Of a stretch of DNA of 64,000 bases, positions 34,216-46,100 are shown piece by piece. Position 1 is the first letter of the stretch, and each line of letters opens with the position of its first letter. Source of the DNA: Vitrella brassicaformis CCMP3155 (taxonomy: Eukaryota; Protista; Chromerida); NCBI GenBank assembly GCA_001179505.1, contig CDMY01000240.1, positions 62,001 to 126,000 on the forward strand, in the 5' to 3' direction. The translations under genes and the position numbers were made by a program. The notes under the pieces were generated by a model. The model did no database searches and was not told where the DNA came from. It saw only the letters and a program-made list of their open reading frames with translations.

Positions 34216-35461
34216 ATGTCAACTGCTCGTGACGGCCCTCCCATATCTAGCGTATCGTCATCCGCTGCATCGGCTGCAGCTGCCGATGGTGGGGGCGGCA
34301 TCGCTGCAGAAGGGCAGGCACAGCTAGGTCTCTGTGTGTGTGTGTGATTGTGTTGCAGGTGCCAGCAGTGTGTCGTGTGGCAGTCAGCACCACCAGCAGC
34401 ATCAGTATGGTCGCCTTATCAGTGCCGCTGATGAGCCTGAAGAGGCGGTGCCCACAGTTGCCGAGTACGTCAGGAGTTACTCACAGCTGGCGGCCCTCAT
34501 CGACGCCCATCCGACCCAATTCACCGCCGCCGTCCTGCTGCCCATCCTCACACGACTGCTGCCCGTCGTTGTGGAGGCCATCTTCGGCGGTCTGGTGGAG
34601 GTTCCGATGCCTCAGTTGACTCAAGGTGCGGCCATCATTGTGGCCACCACACGTCGGCTCTTCATCCTCGAGAGAGGCGGCAACTGGGACAGATGGCGGC
34701 CAGTGCTGGAGATGCTGTACTTGCTGCAAGGAAGGAGGCCTGTGGTGCTGAGTGGCGACGACTTCGGTGTGTTCGCCACTCGCGCGGCCTTTGTGAGTGA
34801 GACGGAGGCCGTCCGGCAGTGGAAGATACTCAGCCGGGGGATCACTGTCACTGATGGAGAACAACAGAGACAGCTGATGTATGGCAACGGCATTCTCCCC
34901 CTTAGCTCGATGTCCCACGATCTCCCAACCCTCCTCACCGCGACCAGTCCCCCTGTATCTGACGCATTCGACCCCGCCGACCCGCCCACTAAACTGCGCG
35001 GCTTGACCCACCCCAGCTACACATCAATGGTGGCCTTCGTCTTAGTCGGCTGGCTGTTCCAACGCGGCCACATCCCTTGCATCAAATCCTGGTGGTCTGA
35101 CAGTCCTGAGTCTGCTTCATCCCGGCGTGTGTGGGAGCTGCTGGCAGCCTCTCCCAGTGATGAGACACAGTGGGCGGCGGGGGCGACCGTGTTCGAGAAG
35201 CCGCTGATCAGTGGGGGGTGTGATCGGCTGGTGGTGTTCGGCAGTGAGGTAATGGGCGACGGCCACATGGCACTCATTAAGCTGGTCGATCGGGAGATCC
35301 GACGGGACATTTTCATCTACACGACCGAGTCGGGCCCCCACGACCACACACGCACCGTCGTGACGAGAGTGCTGGGGGAGCAGGTGTGGGACATGGAGTG
35401 GTCGTGGGAGGTTGACGACGGGCGAGCGACGGCCAATAAGTGCAGATGCACTGTGATGTAA
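34216..35461 (+). CDS. Lineage-specific superfamily, type III, copy G1 (C-terminal CaaX-like CTVM)
   Basis: A short first exon (MSTARDG...) splices in frame into the 375-aa ORF PTVAEYVRSYSQL...RCTVM*. It is highly similar to 38545-39741. Confidence 0.75.
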
Positions 35462-35940
35462 TCGAGGGGCTTTACCATGTGTGTCGATTGTCCATCCACG
35501 ACAGGGGGATGCACGTGTGGTGGTGTGCTTGACGGTTAGCTGAAGGGGAGACAACCAGCCAGACAGCCAGACAAAGGATTTTTGTTCTCTGCCCGTCTGC
35601 TTGCTGGGAATGTCCGTCTGGTGAGCGAGGCATGGCGTGACTGACCTGTGTGTATCTTAATGGAACACCGTGCTTTGGATAAACGAAATGAAAGACAGTG
35701 AAAAGGTAAGCTAACACCCTTGATGGCACCACATTGACGAACCAACGTCGTCCCGCTCGCTTACGTTTGTTTGCCTGAATGTCCCTGTCTGTGCATGTGT
35801 GTGGCCAATCGCTTGCGTGTGTGCGTGCCTTTCGCTCCATATATTGCCAACAGCGACCGCGAAACTCTTATTCATTTGAGAGACTTGCATTGACCGTAAT
35901 ACTCGTTTGTGTGTCCGTGACACTCATATGAATATCTTGT

Positions 35941-36560
35941 TTATCCCATCAAAGCACCCGCCGGCGCGAAACAACACCGGCGGCTCAAGGGAGTGTATGT
36001 GTCTCTATGGAGTGCCAGCATCAATAAGAACTTCACCAAAAGATAACAGATGAGCCACATTGACGAGTCACCCTCCCTGCCTCCCGCGCTACCCCTCCCA
36101 ACCCTCATGTCTGTCTGTCTGTCTGTCTGTTTGTGTGTATAGGCCAGTTGCGCGGGGTCCCACACGCACATACAGGGGTCCTCTACATTGAACCGCCGCC
36201 TTCTCTGTAATGAGATCGATAAAAACTGTCGCGTCCATCGAAGAGCCAAAATTATCGTTCTGCCACTCTCTGGCCAATGCAATCGGCAGTTGTGCATTCA
36301 TGTGCACTAAGGCCGACAAGCCGTACACGGCGAGCTCTTGCAGACAGTCTCACAAACACTCTCTCCTCTCCTTCGACAAAGAAGGCCGCCAACGGCCACA
36401 CACACACACACACACACACAAACACGGCACGAGCCCACGGCAGGTCGTATGACAAATGACCGCCATAACGGCAGCGCACAGAGGAAAAAGGCGACGAGAA
36501 GGAACGTCCCCTCGTCGCCGCACGGGCGATACATGTAACAACGGCCAGGAGGGGCCATCA
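35941..36560 (-). other. Possible small spliced hypothetical gene or gene remnant
   Basis: Coding-like segments (e.g. LAVYGLSALVHMNAQLPIALAREWQNDNFGSSMDATVFIDLITEK) are separated by typical microsatellite introns. No family was recognised and no consistent full model could be built. Confidence 0.25.
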
Positions 36561-36709
36561 ATATGGTACACTCACATCTACACTCACAGCAGACAGACAG
36601 ACAGACACACAGACAGACAGACAGACAGCGCAGAGGCAATCGACATAGAAAAGGAGCTCCGGATTCATGGCCCCCCTCCCTCCCCCCTGTCGCCCTCCCC
36701 TTCCCTCCC

Positions 36710-38230
36710 TCACTCTTGTGCAGCTGGCTCCTGAGAGGGAGGTGCAGCAGCTGCGCAGTCAGCTAGAGGAGCTGCGCCCCCAGCACTGCCCCAGTTCACC
36801 GCCGGTGGAGCCAGGAAGGCCGTCAGTTCCCGCCGCTGCAGCCACTCATGCAGTGTCTGCCGTCGTAAGCCCCCCGGAAGCTTGTTTATGTTGATGCTGG
36901 GTAGCGGCTCCCCCTGTCGCCATGGTATTGGTGTGATGGGATGGTGAGGAGTGCCGTCAGCCTTCTTCCGTCTGGTCAGGGCCCCGCCAGGAAAGAGGTT
37001 GCCGTCGTGCGCCTTGCCGCCCATCCACTCCCCCTCGAACCACACCACAGGGCTGCCAGCTTTCTTGTATGCCTTCCCGCGACCGTGCCTGTAGCCGTCC
37101 TTCCATCCGCCGGCATAGATGAGGTCATCGGACAAGGGATCTCGCAGCTCCCCCTCGCCGTGTGGTTCGCCGTCGCGCGTGAGGCCGCAGTAGTGGCCGC
37201 CCGACACCTTCATCCGGCCCACCCTGGCCTCTCCTCTGTAGGTCCTCTCTCCGTTGGCCCACTCGCCCTCATAGAGCAGCCCGCCAGATGCACAGAGCTG
37301 TCGCCCCCAGCCGTGCCGCTTGCCCCCCCTCCAGCCACCTCTGTACCGGGTGACGGCTCCACATCGCAGCTCTCCCTCTCCATGTGGGTCGCCGTCGACG
37401 GTGGGGCCGTGGTATGCCTGGCCCTCCCATCGCATGCCCGTCGCCTCGCCAAAGCCCCTCTTTTCGCCATCTTTCCAGCCGCCCGTGTAGGTCACCTTGC
37501 CGTTAGTGGATTCCGCCCCGCGACCATGGCGCCTGCCCTTCTCCCAGCCGCCAGTGTAGCTCAGCTGCCCCTTGGCGTCGAATTCCTCCCCCAGGCCGTG
37601 CCGGGTGTTGTCGCTCCACTCGCCGTCATAGACAAGTGTGCCCTCGCTGAAGTGCTTGCCCCTGCCGTGTCGTGCGCCGCCCTGCCACTGGCCGAAATAG
37701 ACTGTCATCGCCCCATCCGGTGACATCAGCACGCCCGTCCCCTCAGGCTGTCCGTTGGCGCCCGTGCCGCCGAAATATTGACCGTTTTGGTGGATGCTCG
37801 TCTGCAGGGTGACGTCGTCATTCTGCGTCTGCCGCGCACGCATCCTCGTCAGGTCGGCCTGGGCAGCATCGCGTTCGGCCCGTGCAGCGTCGCGCTCAGC
37901 CCGGGCAGCATCGCGCTCGCGTCTGTAATCTGCATTGTGTCAAACGGAGAGGCACACACGACACACACACGAATGTGGCAGTGACAGACCTGGACGTGAT
38001 GCCTCTCTGTCTGTTGTCGTGTGCGCACCGTCAAGGACGTTCTCCATCGTCTCGGCACCGATTGTGGTCGAGCGTCTCTGTCTCTGCATGGCTCCTGATG
38101 AACTTTCTGCCACAGAGGAGTGAGGAGTGGCCCCTGGCGAACGCTCAGCGGAGGTGCTCGACGATGACTGGGCGTCAGAGAAGGCCTCACCGTTGGCGGT
38201 ACCCTGGAGGAACGTGCGGTCTGGCGGCAT
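36710..38230 (-). CDS. MORN-repeat protein with short coiled coil
   Basis: Multiple Y.G.W..G.RHG.G repeats lie in ORF 36710-37843. The upstream exon (MPPDRTF..., ATG 38230) splices in frame via ERDAARA x3 (21-bp tandem repeat). Confidence 0.85.
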
Positions 38231-38544
38231 GATGGTGGCTGGGCGCGGCGGCCCGACACACGACGACGAGCGAAGAAGGGCGGCTCGGTCAGCAAAGATC
38301 AGTGCTTGCCACCAATACAACAGGCGCACAGCTGACTGTGAGGTACTCGCAAGACATCACGGCACGGGGGGGAGAACGAATCCAAGGGCGAGGGATCTGC
38401 GAGCTTGGAATTCGAGTTACACGGGCACGTGCCCTCCTCTGTTGTCTGAGCTCCGCGCAGGACATAATGACAGTGTGTGTGGCTTCTCGGTGCGCCTGTG
38501 GCAGATCTTCCACTCACAGGTGAGATGGACCAATCCCCGAGCCG

Positions 38545-39741
38545 ATGGTCCATCTCACCGGGCGATGTTCACGATGGCTGAAGGGCTTATTCGCGGAGCG
38601 GGTGAGGCAAGCAGAGAAAGAAAGCACCACCAGCCGACATGATGCCTGTCTGTCTGTGTTGATGTTACAGACATCGTCTGACGCATCAGCTGCTGTCCCT
38701 GCCTCTCATGTGCCGCAACACCTCTTACCGACGGTCGCCGAGTACGTCAGGAGCTACTCACAGCTGGAGGCCCTCATCGACGCCCATCCCACCCAATTCA
38801 CCGCCGCCGTCCTCCTGCCCATCCTCAAGCGGCGCCTGTCCGTTGTGGTGGCCGCCATCTTTGGCGCTTTAGTGGAGGTGCCCCTCCCTCAGCTGACTCA
38901 AGGTGTGGTCATCACTGCCCTCATCGAACAGCTCACACGCCGACTGTTTATGCTCGAGAGGGGCGGCGACTGGGCCAGATGGCGGCCTCACCTGGAGATG
39001 CTGTACTTGCTGAGGGGCATGAGGCCTGTGGTGCTGAGTGACGACAGCTTCGGCGTCTTCGGCAGCCGGGCGGCCTTTCTGGATGAGAGGGAGGCCGTCC
39101 GGCAGTGGAAGATATTCAGCTGGGGGGTCACTGTCACTGATCATGGAGGCCAACAGATAGAGCTGATGAACGGCGACTACATTCTCCCCCTTGGGTCGAT
39201 GTCCCACCGTCGCCCCACCCTCATCCCCTCTGCCAGCCCCGTCTTCCCTGACGCATTCGACCCCGCCGACCCACCCACTGAGCTGACAGGCCCCTCGACG
39301 TACTCCAGCTACACATCAATGGTGGCATTCGTCCTGTTCTACTGGCTCGAACGCGGCGGCCACATCCGTTACATCAGGTCCTGGGTGTCTTACTGTCGTG
39401 CCTCTGCTGCACGCCGGCGTGTGGGTGCGGTGCTGGTGGCCCCTCCCAGCGATGAGGCACACTGGGGAGCGGGGGCTGTCGACAGGAAGTGCCACAGTTG
39501 GGAGCGGTCTTCACAGTGGCGGCTGGTGGTGCTGGGGAGTGAGGCGATGAGCGAGGGGCACATGGCGGTCATTCAGCTGTGCGAGTGGGGGAATTACTGG
39601 GTGGATATCTTCACGACCGAGCCGGCCCCCCACGACAAGACGTGCACTGTTGTGATGAGAGTGCTGGGGGATCAGCTGGGGGGAATGGTCTGGCGGGAGG
39701 AGAATGAGGACAGGGAAGGTACGGCCCGCACTGTGATGTGA
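38545..39741 (+). CDS. Lineage-specific superfamily, type III, copy G2
   Basis: 398-aa ORF with one in-frame intron (~38605-38670). It is paralogous to G1 (PTVAEYVRSYSQLEALIDAHPTQFTAAVLLPIL) and ends RTVM*. Confidence 0.75.
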   Translation: MVHLTGRCSRWLKGLFAERVRQAEKESTTSRHDACLSVLMLQTSSDASAAVPASHVPQHLLPTVAEYVRSYSQLEALIDAHPTQFTAAVLLPILKRRLSVVVAAIFGALVEVPLPQLTQGVVITALIEQLTRRLFMLERGGDWARWRPHLEMLYLLRGMRPVVLSDDSFGVFGSRAAFLDEREAVRQWKIFSWGVTVTDHGGQQIELMNGDYILPLGSMSHRRPTLIPSASPVFPDAFDPADPPTELTGPSTYSSYTSMVAFVLFYWLERGGHIRYIRSWVSYCRASAARRRVGAVLVAPPSDEAHWGAGAVDRKCHSWERSSQWRLVVLGSEAMSEGHMAVIQLCEWGNYWVDIFTTEPAPHDKTCTVVMRVLGDQLGGMVWREENEDREGTARTVM

Positions 39742-40199
39742 TCGGGGGCTTTGCCGATATGTCGATTTTCCATCCACGACAGACAGAGGGTTGCTTGGCG
39801 GCTAATGAGAGGGGAGACAGACAGACAGACAGACCGACAGACAGCTGGGCGACGGGTTTTTCCTCTGTGCCCGTCTGCTTGCATGGGTCTCTGTGTGCAT
39901 TCCGTTGGCTGCATCCTGTGTATGTCTGTCTGGTGAGTGAGGCATGGCGTGACTGACGTGTGTCTGTGTCAATGGCACATGCGAATGAACGAGCCCCGTG
40001 TCTCTCGATGGGCAAAATGCACGCCTCTGTCATTCAGGCTTTCATCAATATAGCACTCTGTGTGTGTTGGATGGGGGCATGGATGACCGTGTTGGTTTGA
40101 GTGGTATAGACCCTTCTGTCTTCATTTGAATATTTTCACCCAGACCAAGCAAACATCCATTGCCCTGTCCCGTCCACTAGCCTAGAGACCAAAAGACAG

Positions 40200-42429
40200 T
40201 CACTGCGCCCCGCTCACCATTTTTGCACCCCAGCCTCCCTCTCCCCCTCTCTGTCGAAAGAACCACGTGTCACAGTCTATCTTACTCGCCGGCCCCTCAT
40301 CGTTTTCAGAGAACGCCTTGGCCATGTCGACGGCCGCACAGACCTCCCACCCGCACCGATACATCTCGTCAAAGAGCCGCATCACGACGTGACAGGCATG
40401 CACGCAGTCGGTGTTGCGGCTGTCCCAAGGCGACCCGGCAGACAGGCGAAACTCCCAGCATGACAGACGCCCCTGATGATACACACAGCACAGAGGGAGG
40501 CACACAAGGGGAAAAGCAGCCGAGTGGGTACATTTCTCTCTCTCTGTGTGTGTGTGGTGGTCCGGTGATCGACCTGCTCGTATGGGGGTTTCTGTGTGGG
40601 CCAGTACTGCAGGGCGCGCCTGATGGCCTCCAGCACCGGCGGCTGAGGCACGACGCTCCCCGGCCCCCCCACACGCACCAGGTGTCGGTCAAACAGGCCG
40701 ACCCATATCAGCGGACCAGTGGCTCGTCGGCTGCCGTGGTAATCATCGTCCGTCTTTCGTGTGAAGACCATAAAGGACGTGTCGGCCTCTTTGACGGTCA
40801 TGTTGATGCTGCCGGCGGCCTTGCCCCATGGCAGCCAGCCCCTCTGCATGAGGTCCTCCAGGATGGCCGCCATCATGTTGCGCGCCTCGGTGGACGCCAT
40901 ATGCCACTTGGAACACCACCTGCACACGGTGGGAGTTGGCAAACAAAAGAAAGGCACACAAGAGAGCACATGCTTGTTGGGGTGAGGGGTGTGTCTGTGT
41001 GTGTGCGGGGTGGGGTGGGGGTGGGGGGGTTGCGTACCAAGGATTTCCGTTCATCCGGAACTCCATGCAGGGGATGGCCGTGGCCCCCCTGACACTGTCC
41101 ATCGTCGACTTGATGCCTCTCGTCCAATGCCGCTCAATGCACGAACGCACTGGTGGATAGCAACAAGTTCATGTTCTTGATCACCCCCTGCGCGCCTGTG
41201 GCACGTCGGCCCACTCACCTACAGCAGGTGTGCCCTGGGGCGCATTGAAGAGCCGCAGTGTGTCGTTGCGGCTCATGGCCAGGGCCATGAGATCCCGCCC
41301 GTCGCCCTGGATGCCCTCACTCTTTCCCATGACGAGTGTGGAGAGGCCGCAGCTGGTGTTCAGGGAGACTGCACACAGCAGGTCGTAGTTGAGCTGCCAC
41401 AAATGGGTCAACAGCCCACACATCAGCTGACATACACAGACAGACAGACAGACAGACAGAGAGATGGGTACATGGAAATGCCCCGCATCTCGGCGGGGCG
41501 TACCTGCCGTGCAGTAACAGCCGCGTCTCCGTTCGCATGCCATGGCGACCCATTGAAACGGAAGTCCACCACATCCGCCGGCTGGCTCCTGCCCGCTAGC
41601 AGGCCCGTCCTGTCTGTCCCCTGAACCACATTCACCTGGCTGTTGGTGTTGGCTCTTCGATCTTCGCGCTTGAACGATCCCCCCCAGAACTGCTGGATGA
41701 GCGACGGAATGGCGTCCACAAGGGCGGGTGGCGCCTGGATCAGCCGCAAAGTGTCATTGTCGTTGAGGCCGATGGCGAAGTAGGGCTCGGTCTGCTGCTG
41801 CTGATGCTGCTGGTGGGACGGTGTGTACGGGGGAGGGGCGACGATCGGGTAGAGGAACGAAGACGGATATTGGTCCTCCTCGGTCGGTTTATTGATGTAC
41901 ATCGGGGGGGCGGATGGCAGAGGATCGCGTCGCCTCAAGATGATCACGTCCTGCGCCAGCGTGTGCAGCAGGGCCGCCAGCATCCTGGCGATGCTCACAC
42001 GAGTCCCACAACCGTCCTGCATTAGTCCACACCACACACAGTCACGCTCACACATACAGAAAGGGACACATATGCAACCACCCCTCCCTGCCGCACCGAC
42101 CGTGTTTGTGCTTCTCCACGGGGTGCTGAACATCCCACTCCCGAGCTTCAACCTGACAGACACACACTCATCCATGTCCACCCGGTGCAATGACAACTCT
42201 GAGGTCTCTCTCTTCCATTTGCCCACTTGGTGCATCCCCCGAACTGCTCCACACTGACGTTCCCGCCCTCTGTCCAATGGGTTCTCACGACAGCGATGGC
42301 TTTCTCGCGCAGCCCGGCCGGGAAGTGCAGCAAGCAAAGGCCTCTGCTTGTCTTGGTGCATATGGCGATGAACGAGGAGGGCTCGGGGGCGGGGGTTAGC
42401 ATCACATCACGACTCACTTTGCCTCCCAT
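40200..42429 (-). CDS. Protein of ~4 tandem uncharacterised ~110-130-aa repeats; possible N-myristoylation
   Basis: The recurrent pattern is [D.LRL..AP..V...I...W]...[F..G.PW]...[AR.....L..L...GW]...[D..FF], seen in spliced exons. The start is MGGK(V/P)S. Confidence 0.6.
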
Positions 42430-42669
42430 CCTCGCTGAAGGGAATCACTCAGGCAATGAATGAGATTGCTGAGATGATCGGATGACGGATTGGAATGATG
42501 GCCGAAGAAGTCACACACAAGCCAATGGGGGAATGATGATGGCGAGCAGTTTCACGCAATGTCCTAGGCATCTCGGATCCCCGGTGTCTTTCACCCTCAA
42601 TCAAACGCACGACACGCAACGAATCACCCACGCACGCTCCACATGCGCAGAGAAACTCAAGGAACACAC

Positions 42670-43073
42670 TCACGAGGTCTCCGACCGGGCAGCCCGCCTC
42701 AACAGCCAGGAAGTAAATTTCCATTTCGGCCTTGTCGAGCACATAGACCACCTTCAAGCCGGCCTCCACATCACCGCCAATGTCGAAGGCCAACACGTCC
42801 GCCAGGCCGAGACGACCGAGGGCCTTGTCGAGGTGCTGCTCAACGCCGTCCAGCAGCACATCCATTGACGGTCTCCGCAGTGTGGCCCAGCAGCTCCTGT
42901 TGCCGAGTGCGGGTGACGATCTGCGAGAGGAGAGCGGCTCGTTTGGCATCGTCAGTCGCCATGGCCATGGCGGCCATCTTGCTGATGGGCAATGACAGGT
43001 CAAAGAGGTCGGCGGGCTGGAAGAGGGCAGGGCTGGGGGGACGGGACGAGGGCGCCGCACCAGTGGGCTGCAT
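42670..43073 (-). pseudogene. Superfamily type II 5' fragment (copy E'), frameshifted and truncated
   Basis: MQPTGAAPSSRPPSPALFQPADL...RLGLADVLAFDIGGDVEAGLKVVYVL matches copy D across a frame change near 42860. Homology stops abruptly at ~42730. Confidence 0.7.
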
Positions 43074-43788
43074 CGTGAGTGTCCTGAGGCCTCAGGGAAG
43101 CGTCACACAAGAGCGACCACACAACAGACACACGAAAAGGGATCGGTTTGCGGCATTTCGATGCTTCATCTGCCTCTTCAGTTGCCACCTTACCCTCTCT
43201 GAGCGCTTCAGAGCCTCATACTTACAGGCACATACACACCTCTTCTCTTGTATGTGCACATGCTCTTCCGCTTCGTTTAATTGCCTTTGTGCCGTGGCGT
43301 CACGTCAGGTCAAGACGTTTGTGTCTGTCCATGAAGCAGCCAAGGGGCTGGGCTGCCTCATCCAGCCCACACACCCACACGACACAGAAACCATCGACGC
43401 ACTCTCGTCGAGCAAAGCAACAGACAGCCACGCATCGCATTCATGCGATAGATACGCGAGAGACATTGCTGTCCAGGACCAGTGGATAACATCCCTTTCT
43501 CTGTGTCTTGTTCTTGCACTCTTGCGCAGACTGACCTGCCAGATGTGCCGCTGTTCCTTGCCCCACTGGCTGAGGCACAGCAAGGCGAGAGCGGCCAATC
43601 CGGCAAGGTGGGCGCACACAACACAATCGATCTGCCCATGGGCCGCTTGTCCACGAAGGTTCTTTCGGTGTCTGTCTGTATGTATGCATCCCTCAGGGGG
43701 GTTTGTTGTGGGCTATGCGGGAGGCTGCAGGTGCAGTGGGCCCGGCACAGGCCATCAAAGCCATCTCGCCGCACATTACAAAGGTCAG

Positions 43789-46100
43789 TCCGCCCATCAG
43801 ACGAAACGGCTCTCGCTGCCACGCCCATCCGGCTTCGTGTCTCCATCCACCTCTTCGTCAATGCAGGCCGTGTGTGTGATGTTTGCGCCCCTTCCCTTTG
43901 CTGATTCGAGCGAATCCGAAGAGGACGAGACGCCCCTCCTCACCACATCCCTCCTCCTCACTGCGGTGGGTTGTGGTCTGAGCACAGCTGGATATCCCTG
44001 CGTGTCTCATGTGCCCCGTATATTGTCGTGCCAGTTGCTGACGTGTGGCGTGTGTTGTCTCAAGAGCGGGTCGCAGCCATGTGTGTACTTGGGTGGCGTG
44101 CCGGCGGCTGACTCAGGTGTGATGCAGGCTCTTGATGAGGTGGAGAGACATCTCAAAGCCATTCCGTGGACAAAGGTATCATGAACAAGACATGGTTGTT
44201 TGTTTGCGGGATGGGGTTGTGAGCCGTGGGCTGTGGGTTTGTTGGCTGCGCAGTGCTGTGGGCGTGGGCACGCTTGGTGACGAATCGTGTGTCGGGTGAA
44301 ATCAATGGCACAATATGTTGATGGGATGGCTGTGGTGGAGTGCACTCACATGGGCGGCATGACCTTAGTTCGGCGTGTGGGTGTAATGACATTACAGCTC
44401 AGCTGCCATGGGTAGAACACACATTCACATTAAAAAACATCCACCGGTCCGCCAGTCTGGTGACATGCCTGTGAGTGAGTGAGTGAGCAGAGACACCAGA
44501 GAGAGAGATGCAGACATGAAGGCCTCTGTGCTGTGTGCTGTGTGTTAACTGCGCACCAGGACAGCTAGATGGAGCCGCTCCGTTGATCAGCGCAGTGGGT
44601 GGACAATTGGCGTCATGCCTGTGAGTGAGTGAGTGAGCAGAGACACCAGAGAGAGAGATGCAGACATGAAGGCCTCTGTGCTGTGTGCTGTGTGTTAACT
44701 GCGCACCAGGACAGCTAGATGGAGCCGCTCGGTTGATCAGCGCAGTGGGTGGACAATTGGCGTCATGCCTGTGAGTGAGTGAGTGAGCAGAGACACCANN
44801 NNNNNNNNNNNNNNNNNNNNNNNNNNNNNNNNNNNNNNNNNNNNNNNNNNNNNNNNNNNNNNNNNNNNNNNNNNNNNNNNNNNNNNNNNNNNNNNNNNNN
44901 NNNNNNNNNNNNNNNNNNNNNNNNNNNNNNNNNNNNNNNNNNNNNNNNNNNNNNNNNNNNNNNNNNNNNNNNNNNNNNNNNNNNNNNNNNNNNNNNNNNN
45001 NNNNNNNNNNNNNNNNNNNNNNNNNNNNNNNNNNNNNNNNNNNNNNNNNNNNNNNNNNNNNNNNNNNNNNNNNNNNNNNNNNNNNNNNNNNNNNNNNNTC
45101 CGCCCATCAGACGAAACGGCCCTCGCTGCCACGCCCATCCGGCTTCGTGTCTCCATCCACCTCTTCGTCAATGCAGGCCGTGTGTGTGATGTTTGCGCCC
45201 CTTCCCTTTGCTGATTCGAGCGAATCCGAAGAGGACGAGACGCCCCTCCTCACCACCTCCCTCCTCCTCACTGCGGTGGGTTGTGGTCTGAGCACAGCTG
45301 GATATCCCTGCGTGTCTCATGTGCCCCGTATATTGTCGTGCCAGTTGCTGACGTTTGGCGTGTGCTGTCTCAAGAGCGGGTCGCAGCCATGTGTGTACTT
45401 GGGTGCCGTGCCGGTGGCTGACTCAGGTGTGATGCAGGCTCTTGATGAGGTGGAGAGACATCTCAAAGCCATTCCGTGGACAAAGGTATCATGAACAAGA
45501 CATGGTTGTTTGTTTGCGGGATGGGGTTGTGAGCCGTGGGCTGTGGGTTTGTTGGCTGCGCAGTGCTGTGGGCGTGGGCACGCTTGGTGATGAATCGTGT
45601 GTCGGGTGAAATGAATGGCACAATATGTTGATGGGATGGCTGTGGTGCAGTGCACTCACATGGGGCGGCATGACGTTAGTTCGGCGTATGGGTGTAATGA
45701 CATTACAGCTCAGCTGCCATGGGTAGAACACACATTCACATTAAAAAACATCCACCGGTCCGCCAGTCTGGTGACATGCCTGTGAGTGAGTGAGTGAGCA
45801 GAGACACCAGAGAGAGAGATGCAGACATGAAGGCCTCTGTGCTGTGTGCTGTGTGTTAACTGCGCACCAGGACAGCTAGATGGAGCCGCTCGGTTGATCA
45901 GCGCAGTGGGTGGACAATTGCGCACCAGGACAGCTAGATGGAGCCGCTCCGTTGATCAGCGCAGTGGGTGGACAATTGACATCATGCCTGTGAGTGAGTG
46001 AGTGAGCAGAGACACTAGAGAGAGAGATGCAGACATGAAGGCCTCTGTGCTGTGTGCTGTGTGTTAACTGCGCACCAGGACAGCTAGATGGAGCCGCTCG
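43789..46100. repeat. Tandem segmental duplication (~1310-bp offset)
   Basis: 43789-44798 recurs at 45099 onward with scattered substitutions. Each copy runs into the 150-bp minisatellite. Confidence 0.85.

Noticed and set aside
42643-44184. 513-aa + strand ORF and many other long ORFs in the track
   Set aside because: These are antisense or shifted shadows of real genes, or read-through of microsatellite introns and N gaps, as expected at this GC content. They have no recognisable motifs.
43797-44184. Small protein genes within the duplicated 43.8/45.1-kb segment
   Set aside because: Overlapping short ORFs occur on both strands with no family motif and no consistent exon model. Only the duplication is supported.
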